Below, piece by piece: positions 1 through 6,725 of a stretch of DNA of 39,863 nt. The stretch lies in the IMG/VR virus record IMGVR_UViG_3300045988_016972; one strand, 5' to 3'. Every line of letters starts with the position of its first letter. Positions within the stretch are counted from its first letter, which is position 1. Both the position numbers and the translations under genes were made by a program. This DNA is from a virus. The notes beneath the pieces were generated by a model. That model was not told where the DNA came from. It worked only from the letters and a program-made list of their open reading frames with translations, and did no database searches.

Positions 1-175
1 CACACCCGATGCGGCGGCGTTGCCACTCTCACCCGATGCGGCGGCGTTGCCACTCTCACCCGATGCGGCGGCGTTGCCCCTCCAACCCGATGCGGCGGCG
101 TTGCCACTCACACCCGATGCGGCGGCGTTGCCACTCTCACCCGATGCGGCGGCGTTGCCACTCACACCCGATGCG
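1..175. repeat. 27-bp tandem repeat (CACCCGATGCGGCGGCGTTGCCACTCT and variants); 6 full units here, and the array continues at 39784-39863
   Basis: Direct reading shows units at 3-29, 30-56, 57-83, 84-110, 111-137 and 138-164, plus a partial unit. They encode a 9-aa repeat on the minus strand. Confidence 0.95.
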
Positions 176-501
176 TTTTTCTCGGTTGCGCTCTCGCACT
201 TGTCAAACACAAACCGCACACCGGCGTTGATAACGCCTTTCAGCCCGATTTCTGCGCCGATCTTGATATGTTTGCCGCAAACCTTGCTGTCACCGCTGTT
301 GCGTTCGCCGTTGTCATCCACATCAACCTCGCAGTACCGGCTATCTGTCGGGCTATAGTAGCGGAATGTGTCCAGCGGGTTTTCGCAGGCATGGAATCCC
401 TTTTTGCAGAGGGAGGCGTTTGCCTCCTCGTACTCCCTACCTACCTCGTACTGGAATCCTTTGCATTTGAGGTCTTTATCAAATCCCTTGTATGCCTTCA
501 T
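1..501 (-). CDS. N-terminal part of a repeat-containing phage protein of unknown function; it continues at 39808..39536 once the 55-nt overlap is removed
   Basis: ATG at 501-499 is preceded by AGGAGG with a 7-nt spacer. Translation is MKAYKGFDKDLKCKGFQYEVGREYEEANASLCKKGFHACENPLD..., followed by 9-aa SGNAAASGE/V repeats. The frame is open to nt 1 and in phase with ORF 39536..39811. Confidence 0.75.
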   Translation of the reverse strand, partial: MKAYKGFDKDLKCKGFQYEVGREYEEANASLCKKGFHACENPLDTFRYYSPTDSRYCEVDVDDNGERNSGDSKVCGKHIKIGAEIGLKGVINAGVRFVFDKCESATEKNASGVSGNAAASGESGNAAASGVSGNAAASGWRGNAAASGESGNAAASGESGNAAASGV

Positions 502-520
502 CGTCTTTTCCTCCTGTTAT

Positions 521-619
521 TTACTTGCTGGGTCTGTCCAGTTTGTCCACCAGCCGCATAAACCAATGGCTGACCGTAGCCGCGCCGATGATGACAAGCG
601 TCAATGTGTAACCGTCCAT
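521..619 (-). CDS. Small membrane protein (32 aa)
   Basis: ATG at 619 lies 5 nt after GGAGGAG and directly follows the stop of the upstream gene. The sequence MDGYTLTLVIIGAATVSHWF... has a hydrophobic core. The longer 521..703 ORF lacks a ribosome-binding site. Confidence 0.5.
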   Translation of the reverse strand: MDGYTLTLVIIGAATVSHWFMRLVDKLDRPSK

Positions 620-621
620 GT

Positions 622-819
622 TTACTCCTCCCGCTCCGCAATCCACTTGTCCAGCAGATTGGGGAAAATCTGAAAAACACGCCGTTTCCCTCCGATAACG
701 CACAGGCCAAAAGGATACACACCCTGTTCAATCCCGTTCGCCAGCGTGTCTTGCGAAATGCTCAGTCCATGCACCCGAAGATGCTCCATGCACTCTTGCA
801 GCGACATCGTCTTAATCAT
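622..819 (-). CDS. Small DNA-binding protein, excisionase/AlpA-like winged HTH (possible Xis or early regulator)
   Basis: AAGGAGGA ribosome-binding site. The 65-aa pattern ...SISQDTLANGIEQGVYPF...GKRRVFQIFPNLLDKWI resembles the excisionase-type HTH layout. It sits immediately downstream of the cro-like gene. Confidence 0.4.
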   Translation of the reverse strand: MIKTMSLQECMEHLRVHGLSISQDTLANGIEQGVYPFGLCVIGGKRRVFQIFPNLLDKWIAEREE

Positions 820-1034
820 CGTTCCTCCTTATTCGCCGCCCGGATAGCTTCCGCAGCAGCCTTGATCTCCTCCTCCGACACGCCGTACAGCTTTGCCATT
901 TTCTTGTAATACTTCCGTGCCGGTGCCCAATCTCCGTATTCCCAATGTCTTACGCAGGACTGGTCAACAAACAGTTTCTTGCCTACCTGTGTGCAGGAAA
1001 GATTTGCTCTATCCCGCATTTCTCTCAATGTCAA
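816..1034 (-). CDS. Cro-like XRE-family HTH regulator (start uncertain: TTG 1034 or ATG 1019)
   Basis: LREMRDRANLSCTQVGKKLFVDQSCVRHWEYGDWAP is a classic HTH_3 pattern. AAGGAGGGAG lies 9 nt upstream of TTG 1034. The gene is divergent from the cI-like gene. The upstream part of ORF 816..1235 looks non-coding. Confidence 0.7.
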   Translation of the reverse strand: MTLREMRDRANLSCTQVGKKLFVDQSCVRHWEYGDWAPARKYYKKMAKLYGVSEEEIKAAAEAIRAANKEER

Positions 1035-1470
1035 ATTGCGCTCCCTCCTTATATGTGAGATTTCATTGACTGCGGCGGGGAAATGTGGTACTCTCCTGAT
1101 AGCCCGTGTGGCAAAATCAAAGGAGGTGGACTTTTGACCAAACTTTTGACCTTGCCCGTTCCAGACCGTGGGGACACGGCGTGATGCAAATGGGCTTTGC
1201 GGAACCCATCCCGCAAAAGTGAGCGGCACTCCCAAAGAAGCACGGCTGTTTCATCGTGTACCTCTCGTAGAACCGGCAAGCGTCCACGCAGTGAAGCGTG
1301 TAAAAAAACGCAGCTTGCAACTGTCGGGTCATGCAGTGAAGCAGGTATCAAACTCACGCCGACAGTGCGGAAGGTTGCAAGGGTGTTCTGGTGAACAAAT
1401 TTGGGGGAATACCGTCTGCGGAAACAGCCCGCAGGCGGTTTTCCTATCCCCGCCGCAGTCATCGCCCACC

Positions 1471-1494
1471 GAAACCTCATATTCATGAGGTTTC
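1471..1494. promoter_or_regulatory. Perfect 10-bp inverted repeat GAAACCTCAT-ATTC-ATGAGGTTTC abutting the -35 box; candidate operator
   Basis: Read directly. It ends 4 nt before the TTGACA at 1499. Confidence 0.45.
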
Positions 1495-1498
1495 ACAC

Positions 1499-1527
1499 TT
1501 GACACTCCACAAAAACTGCGGTACAAT
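1499..1527 (+). promoter_or_regulatory. Consensus sigma-70-type promoter TTGACA-17 nt-TACAAT directed toward the cI-like gene
   Basis: TTGACA at 1499-1504, a 17-nt spacer and TACAAT at 1522-1527. Confidence 0.6.
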
Positions 1528-1620
1528 ACCTTCGCCAAAAGAAATTGTTAAAAGCCGCTTTCGTGGGGGCTGGTGTTTTTGTACCCTTTTTCGGTGGGCC
1601 TGATATAAAGATACCTCATA

Positions 1621-1659
1621 TTCTCACGATTTGCAATAGGTAATCGTGAGAAATATGTA
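1621..1659 (+). promoter_or_regulatory. 11-bp perfect inverted repeat (TTCTCACGATT/AATCGTGAGAA) overlapping a second putative promoter TTGCAA-17-TATGTA; candidate operator/PRM-like element
   Basis: Inverted-repeat arms at 1621-1631 and 1642-1652. TTGCAA at 1631-1636 and TATGTA at 1654-1659, just upstream of the repressor start. Confidence 0.4.
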
Positions 1660-1693
1660 TTTTGGTAATTGTGACAAATTTGGTTGGTGTTTT

Positions 1694-2062
1694 ATGGACA
1701 TTATGCTGGCACGCATACTTTCTCTTATTCCCAAGAAGCCTGACGGGAAGTTTGTGCATGGGGCATTAAAAGAGTTCGCAAACAAACTGAACTTGAAAAG
1801 CGGAAATGTAGTATCTGATTGGATGAATGGGCGTAGCACTTCGTATACTTTGTATGTCTATCAGATTGCCGACATCTACAATGTATCCGTGGAGTGGCTA
1901 AAGGGCGAAACGGATGACCCGGGCATAAAAAAAGCCCCCGATCCGAAGATCGAGGGCATGGGAGCCGGGAGGCAAGCGTTACTTGCCGCTGTTGATGATT
2001 TGACCGATGAACAGTGTGAAAAGCTGCTGGGGATTGTGCTGGAGGCTAAGAAGGTGCTGTGA
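1694..2062 (+). CDS. cI-like phage repressor (XRE HTH, no peptidase domain); start uncertain (1655/1694/1703)
   Basis: LKEFANKLNLKSGNVVSDWMNGRSTSYTLYVYQIADIYNVSVEWLKGE is an HTH_3 pattern. The gene is divergent from the cro-like gene and lies in the lysogeny module with the integrase. Confidence 0.65.
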   Translation: MDIMLARILSLIPKKPDGKFVHGALKEFANKLNLKSGNVVSDWMNGRSTSYTLYVYQIADIYNVSVEWLKGETDDPGIKKAPDPKIEGMGAGRQALLAAVDDLTDEQCEKLLGIVLEAKKVL

Positions 2063-2074
2063 TACAATATGCAA

Positions 2075-2368
2075 TCACAACTGCCATTGCGGTTGCCGCA
2101 TTACTTGATTAGCTACCGACCAGCTGACTGTAGGGTCTTTTTCGTAATCGCTGCACGGATTATTTTTGCCGCAGCCGATTATATAATAGTCACCACGAAT
2201 AGACCGCCGATAAACAACATGGCTGCAATCCGCACACGCAAGGCTTTTGCACTGCGGGAGCCCGGCGGATTCAATAAATGCGGACACACGGGTTTTGCGT
2301 CTTTCTTCGGAAAGCTCGATATTCAGTCTTCTAATTTCATTCTTTAACTGCTTCCTTGTCTTGAACAT
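2075..2368 (-). CDS. Hypothetical 97-aa protein with a coiled-coil N-terminus and a Cys-rich C-terminus
   Basis: AAGGAGG lies 7 nt upstream of the ATG. Cysteines occur in ...CKSLACADCSH...GCGKNNPC.... The gene is antisense to the surrounding lysogeny genes. Confidence 0.55.
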   Translation of the reverse strand: MFKTRKQLKNEIRRLNIELSEERRKTRVSAFIESAGLPQCKSLACADCSHVVYRRSIRGDYYIIGCGKNNPCSDYEKDPTVSWSVANQVMRQPQWQL

Positions 2369-2486
2369 CCTGCAACCTCCTTAAAACATATTCGACCTGA
2401 GCGTCTGTCAGTGTTTCAATTTCCGTTTTCAGCCGCTCTCGTACAAGTGTTTTATTAAGTATACCACATTCTTTAGAAAAAGTCAT
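2337..2486 (-). CDS. Hypothetical 49-aa protein, overlapping the start of the next gene by 32 nt
   Basis: GGAGGG lies 10 nt upstream of ATG 2486. Sequence: MTFSKECGILNKTLVRERLKTEIETLTDAQVEYVLRRLQDVQDKEAVKE. Confidence 0.4.
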   Translation of the reverse strand: MTFSKECGILNKTLVRERLKTEIETLTDAQVEYVLRRLQDVQDKEAVKE

Positions 2487-2782
2487 TATTTTTATGCCCT
2501 CCGAGTAAAGTATTATCACCTATACACGCCAGAGGTGGGTTTGTTGCCCTGTTTCGTGCAACAAAAATAAAAAATTAGAAAATTTGTTCGATTTGCCCTC
2601 CCCACCCCCGCACCGGACAGGGAGGGCTTTGCCCACGATTCACCTATCGGCTTATCGTTTGCATCGCCACCATATCAAAAACAAATCGGGTGGTGCAATC
2701 CCCGAAAAGGCAATATCCCCAAATTTGGGGTTTGTAAAATAAAGCGGGCTTTGCCCGAAAAAGGGGAAGAAGGCAATAAAAC

Positions 2783-3364
2783 ATGGAGAAAACATTGCAG
2801 GACACTTGCCGGGACGCAAAACTGGAACAGCACATCACGGCGCAGGAGATAGCAGACCAATCCGGTGTGCCTTTGTCCAGCGTTAACAACTTTTTTGCAT
2901 CCACATCTAAAGCACCAGGCGTGTATGCCGCCGGGCCTATCTGTAAGGTGCTGGGGGTGTCCCTGGACCGTTACTTCGGCATTGTGGAAGTGGTTTTGGC
3001 GCAAGACCAAATCAAGCAGCTCCAGCAAGACCACGATGAAGATGTGCGCCTTGCGCGGATAGAGGGCGCATACGATGAGCTGCACAAATCGGCGGAGGAG
3101 CAGAAGAAAAAAGAAAAGCGGCAGCGCACGATGCTCTATATCACATCGCTGCTGTCCGCTATTTTGCTGGGCATAGTTACATGGTATATGGCGTTTGATT
3201 ACCGTATGCAAAACGATGGACTGATCCGCTCCGGGACAGTCGGTACGATTGCATGGGTTATCATTGCGCTTTTGGCGGTGGGTGTCGGCGTAATTACATC
3301 CGTGCTTTTGCTCACTTTTGCGGCGGACAAAAAATCCAAACAAGGCAAGGAAGCAGAAAAATGA
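2783..3364 (+). CDS. Membrane-anchored HTH protein (N-terminal XRE-like HTH, coiled coil, two C-terminal TM helices)
   Basis: ITAQEIADQSGVPLSSVNNFF... is an HTH. A charged helix (QQDHDEDVRLARIEGAYDELHKSAEEQKKKEKRQR) follows, then LYITSLLSAILLGIVTWYMAF and TIAWVIIALLAVGVGVITSVLLL. Confidence 0.65.
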   Translation: MEKTLQDTCRDAKLEQHITAQEIADQSGVPLSSVNNFFASTSKAPGVYAAGPICKVLGVSLDRYFGIVEVVLAQDQIKQLQQDHDEDVRLARIEGAYDELHKSAEEQKKKEKRQRTMLYITSLLSAILLGIVTWYMAFDYRMQNDGLIRSGTVGTIAWVIIALLAVGVGVITSVLLLTFAADKKSKQGKEAEK

Positions 3365-4455
3365 GCAACTGCATTAAATGCGGAACAACTCTTGTCCCGG
3401 GCGCCGTATATTGCCATCTCTGTGGGAAAAAACAGGTAACAGAGCGGCGCAAGGCTCTGAAACGCGCCAACGGAACAGGCTCGGTCTACAAGCTGACAGG
3501 CCGCAGGAAAGCCCCCTGGGTGGCCGCAAAGAACAGGGTGGTCATTGGGTACTACGAGCGCAAAACGGACGCACAAGCGGCCTTGGAGCGGCTGAACGGC
3601 AAGAGCCTAACGGATAGGTACAACATGACCTTTGCCGAAGTCTTCGATGCTTGGAAAGCAGAGCATTACAAAGAGATCGGCAAGCAGGGGATAGAATCAT
3701 ATAACAACGCCTACCGCATATTTACGCCGTTGCACGGAAAAAAGTTTCGTGATCTCCGCACCGCAGACTTCCAGGCCGTACTTGACCCACACATGGCCAA
3801 GAGCCATTCCACCGTGAACAAGTACAAGCAGCTCATAACGCAGATGTCGAACTGGGCAATCCGAGAGGAAATCTGCACAACAAATTTTGCAAAGTTTGTC
3901 CGGCTTCCAGAAAATGTAAAAAAAGAAAAGGACATCTTCACGGAGGAAGATATCCGTAAATTGGAATCCGACAACAGCGATGCGGCGAAAATTGTCTTGA
4001 TGCTGCTGGCAACGGGTATGCGCATCGGGGAACTGTTTTCCCTGCCGCTGGCTGACTGTCACGGTGATTATGTAATCGGCGGCGAAAAAACCGAAGCCGG
4101 CCGAAACAGAATTATCCCCATTCGGCCGGAGGGGAAACAGTACTTTGCCTACTTTGCGAAGCAAGCAACGGGGGAGCTGCTGTTATCCGGCTACGATGGG
4201 CAAAAAGTCCCAGCGAACTTCCGCAGGCGTGATTTTTACCCGCTTCTTGACAGGCTGGGAATAAAGCGCAAGACCCCGCACGCAACACGCCACACATACG
4301 CGTCCCGGGCGGTAAAAGAGGGATTGCCCCCGGAAATGCTGCAAAAAATACTCGGACACGCCGATTATTCCACCACCGCAAACATATATACGCACATCGA
4401 CGCGCAGACACTTGTGGATGCTGTTACTAACACGTTACTAACAAATAAAAAATAA
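3361..4455 (+). CDS. int: Tyrosine integrase with an N-terminal zinc ribbon and an arm-binding domain
   Basis: ATGA overlap with the upstream stop. CIKCG...CHLCG is followed by GSVYKLTGRRKAPWVAAK (arm-type domain). The catalytic context is ATGMRIGEL, HATRHTYAS and LGHADYSTTANIYTH. Confidence 0.9.
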   Translation: MSNCIKCGTTLVPGAVYCHLCGKKQVTERRKALKRANGTGSVYKLTGRRKAPWVAAKNRVVIGYYERKTDAQAALERLNGKSLTDRYNMTFAEVFDAWKAEHYKEIGKQGIESYNNAYRIFTPLHGKKFRDLRTADFQAVLDPHMAKSHSTVNKYKQLITQMSNWAIREEICTTNFAKFVRLPENVKKEKDIFTEEDIRKLESDNSDAAKIVLMLLATGMRIGELFSLPLADCHGDYVIGGEKTEAGRNRIIPIRPEGKQYFAYFAKQATGELLLSGYDGQKVPANFRRRDFYPLLDRLGIKRKTPHATRHTYASRAVKEGLPPEMLQKILGHADYSTTANIYTHIDAQTLVDAVTNTLLTNKK

Positions 4456-4468
4456 ATAATAAAGAAAA

Positions 4469-4501
4469 GCCTTGAAACCGTTGAGTTTCAAGGCTTTTTT
4501 T
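4469..4501 (+). terminator. Rho-independent terminator after int
   Basis: 10-bp stem GCCTTGAAAC/GTTTCAAGGC with a 6-nt loop, followed by T7. Confidence 0.8.
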
Positions 4502-4545
4502 GGTGCCCCGTCGGGGATTCGAACCCCGGACACCCTGCTTAAAAG
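4501..4545 (-). other. attP core: 3' portion (anticodon loop to CCA) of a tRNA-Lys(UUU)
   Basis: The minus strand reads CTTTTAA-GCAGG-GTGTC-CGGGG-TTCGAAT-CCCCG-ACGGGGC-A-CCA. No matching 5' anticodon stem, D arm or 5' acceptor is present, so this is a fragment. It is directly adjacent to int. Confidence 0.7.
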
Positions 4546-4694
4546 GCGTAAGCCAGTTCGACAAACGCAGTATATTATTGCAATAAAGCGGTATTACACG
4601 GTATTTATTGGTGTTTTCCCTGTAAAAATGTTATGCTATACCGCCCCGTATCGTTTGGGTTACTATCAAATTACTATCACTTTTCGGGCGATAT

Positions 4695-5006
4695 TTACCC
4701 ATTGCGATACATGCTTTGGCAGCTCTTTACATCCTTTGCTTTGTCGATTTGCTTCTCGTGCAGATAATCATAGATAGCCTGCATGGAGGCGGGCGGTTCA
4801 CCCTTTGCCTTGCGATACTGCTCAATCTGGCGTACAACTTCTCCATGTAGCAAATCCATGTGCCGCATTTCTTCCGTGGACAAATCGTAAAACAGTTTCG
4901 CAAGCGTGGGGTCGGATTCCTTGTATTTTAGGGCGCACTTTGCATATACTTCTGCATCGTGGATCTCGCTATCGATAAAATTTTCCAATTTCTCAATAAC
5001 TTTCAT
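4695..5006 (-). CDS. Ferritin-like/four-helix-bundle type hypothetical protein (103 aa)
   Basis: GGAGGTG ribosome-binding site. The motif LAKLFYDLSTEEMRHMDLLHGEVV is typical of the ferritin-like/rubrerythrin-like E..H pattern. Confidence 0.45.
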   Translation of the reverse strand: MKVIEKLENFIDSEIHDAEVYAKCALKYKESDPTLAKLFYDLSTEEMRHMDLLHGEVVRQIEQYRKAKGEPPASMQAIYDYLHEKQIDKAKDVKSCQSMYRNG

Positions 5007-5018
5007 CCCGCACCTCCG

Positions 5019-5420
5019 TCAAATGCGCTGTACCCGGAGGGCAACATTACTAACTGTGGATGCCGCGCCAGTCAGTACCAGCGACAGCGCAGAGCCGGAT
5101 GCGCAACACGCCTGACGCACAAGAGCGGGGAATGCCAGCGCAACAGGCGCGCCAGCCGCAGCATTTGCGGAAGCTGTCGCACCGGGAACAACCACTCCGT
5201 CCTTGATGAGCGTTGCAGTGACCGTCCCTGCCGCCGTGGGGGATACAGTGATGGACACATCGACATCATAATATCCTTTGCCAACGATATTGACAGCGTT
5301 TCCGTTCAAAGAAATATCACATCCATAGCGGCGGATAAGACTGCCCAGAGGGATAACCCCATTTACGGCAACCTCCGTGGGGGTCTGCATAGCAGTGTAA
5401 ATCGCAGATTTGCAAGACAT
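5019..5420 (-). CDS. BclA C-terminal-domain-like (C1q/TNF-like jelly-roll) protein without a collagen stalk
   Basis: AAAGGAG ribosome-binding site. The segment ...NAVNIVGKGYYDVDVSITVSPTAAGTVTATLIKDGVVVPGATAS...LSLVLTGAASTVSNVALRVQRI parallels the exosporium BclA CTD pattern. Confidence 0.5.
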   Translation of the reverse strand: MSCKSAIYTAMQTPTEVAVNGVIPLGSLIRRYGCDISLNGNAVNIVGKGYYDVDVSITVSPTAAGTVTATLIKDGVVVPGATASANAAAGAPVALAFPALVRQACCASGSALSLVLTGAASTVSNVALRVQRI

Positions 5421-5440
5421 TGTAAAATCTCCTTTCTAAA

Positions 5441-5468
5441 TTAAAAGGGCGGGACACCAGCCCCGCCC
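5441..5468 (-). terminator. Intrinsic terminator inside the accessory cassette
   Basis: Minus strand: GGGCGGG-8 nt-CCCGCCC followed by TTTTAATTT. The ribosome-binding site of the next gene follows immediately. Confidence 0.6.
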
Positions 5469-5501
5469 ATAACCCGGCCAAAATGGGCCTATCGTTCTGT
5501 G

Positions 5502-6113
5502 TCAGATGTTTGCGCCGCAGCAGCTGTTGCAGCCGCAGAAGGGGGAATTCCCGGCGTTGTAAGTATAGCCGTTGGGATAGCGCACCACACCATACATCCG
5601 GTTATCCATCTCAAGGCTGGCAATGCGGGCGGACTGCTCCGCAATTCGCTGCTCAAGCTGGGACTTCTCCAGCGCCGCAAACTTGGCTTCGATGTTGGCG
5701 TTTACGCCATCAATGGCCCGCTGGGTGTCGCAGCAGCACTGCGCCATTTGGCTCTGGATGCTGTTTCCGGTCTGCATGATGGTCATGTTGGTGCCGTTCT
5801 GCGCCAAAGCCATCTCCTTGCCCAACTGCCCGATGCCGCCCTGCATCTCGTAACCAAGATTGCAGATGCCGTTACCGATGTTGGTCAGGCGGTCGTTGAG
5901 CTGGCCGAACTGCTGGCCAAACAGAATCTCCTGCTGGCTGGCAGCGGTAGCGAACTGCCCGAACTCACCCTGACGATTCCATCCGTTGCCGCCAAAACCA
6001 AACATGAACAGGAACAGAACAACGATAAGGAACCAGCCGGAGCCCCAGCCGTTTTCTTCGTTTGTACCGCGTGTCACAGCGGCAATATCGCTAAGAGACA
6101 TACCGTTCTCCAT
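5502..6113 (-). CDS. Membrane-anchored coiled-coil protein with a Gly/Trp-rich TM segment and a Cys-rich C-terminus (unknown function)
   Basis: AAAGGAG lies 8 nt before ATG 6113. NGWGSGWFLIVVLFLFMFGFGGNGW resembles the YjcZ-like sporulation peptide motif. The protein also contains CCCD and a C-terminal FCGCNSCCG. Confidence 0.55.
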   Translation of the reverse strand: MENGMSLSDIAAVTRGTNEENGWGSGWFLIVVLFLFMFGFGGNGWNRQGEFGQFATAASQQEILFGQQFGQLNDRLTNIGNGICNLGYEMQGGIGQLGKEMALAQNGTNMTIMQTGNSIQSQMAQCCCDTQRAIDGVNANIEAKFAALEKSQLEQRIAEQSARIASLEMDNRMYGVVRYPNGYTYNAGNSPFCGCNSCCGANI

Positions 6114-6163
6114 GTGGAAAACTCCTTTCATAAATTTTTATAAATAAACCGTGTCGACCCGGC

Positions 6164-6382
6164 CTATTTCAGGAATTGCATAAAGTCCTTTGCTTGTTTC
6201 TGCAAATCAGCAAACTGCTCTTTGCTCATTTGCCCGGAAGTTAGTAATCTCCCTATTTCCTGCTGTGCTTTTTGCGGGGTCATGCCGGCAGCAAATTTTC
6301 GGAACTCTGCCACCATCGCAAGGGGGTTATTCGGCTTTCGACTTCCGTTTCCCATCAGCATTTGCATCATTGGATTTGCCAT
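6164..6382 (-). CDS. Hypothetical 72-aa Met/Gln-rich protein
   Basis: GGAGGA lies 8 nt upstream of ATG 6382. The gene overlaps the 3' end of the upstream gene by 56 nt in another frame. Confidence 0.5.
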   Translation of the reverse strand: MANPMMQMLMGNGSRKPNNPLAMVAEFRKFAAGMTPQKAQQEIGRLLTSGQMSKEQFADLQKQAKDFMQFLK

Positions 6383-6725
6383 TGATTGTGTCCTCCAATC
6401 TCTTTACGCGCTCTTCCAGACTGCTTACATCCACAGGCGGGGTAGCCTGATACGGAGAAACCGTGTAAGGCGTTACCGTTGCATACCCTGCGCCATCCGT
6501 CTGTTTCATCCACACGATAGGGTCATTCTCGTCCATCAGCAGAATGGAACTGTTTGGGGCCATTCGGAAAGCCTCTGCGCCGTTTCTGCCGTTTACCCTT
6601 GTAATTTGGCACGCAAACGCTTGCGGGGCTCCTGCGGCGTTCTGGGGGGCATAATTGCCGTACTGGCCGTTATATCCCATTGGCTGATATGGATTCTGAT
6701 AGTAAGGATTAAATGCCATCAACAT
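6327..6725 (-). CDS. Hypothetical protein with a Q/N/Y/P-rich low-complexity N-terminus
   Basis: GAAAGGA ribosome-binding site. MAFNPYYQNPYQPMGYNGQYGNYAPQN... is followed by a globular segment (RVNGRNGAEAFRMAPNSSILLMDENDPIVWMKQTDG) and a charged tail. Confidence 0.6.
   Translation of the reverse strand: MLMAFNPYYQNPYQPMGYNGQYGNYAPQNAAGAPQAFACQITRVNGRNGAEAFRMAPNSSILLMDENDPIVWMKQTDGAGYATVTPYTVSPYQATPPVDVSSLEERVKRLEDTINGKSNDANADGKRKSKAE

Noticed and set aside
1-175. Regularly spaced 27-bp repeats at both window ends could be mistaken for a CRISPR array.
   Set aside because: The units are directly tandem with no spacers. They lie inside an open reading frame and encode a 9-aa repeat. No cas genes or leader are present.
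1049-1488. ORFs 1049..1486 (minus, 145 aa) and 1168..1488 (plus, 106 aa) in the switch region as possible extra immunity genes.
   Set aside because: Both have Arg/Pro/His-rich, non-protein-like sequences and no ribosome-binding site. They span palindromes and hairpins. The upstream part of ORF 816..1235 was rejected for the same reason, in favour of the short Cro-like gene.
4501-4576. A possible complete tRNA-Lys gene next to the integrase.
   Set aside because: Only the anticodon loop to CCA segment is present. The upstream sequence cannot form the 5' anticodon stem, D arm or acceptor strand, so it is an attP core fragment and not a gene.
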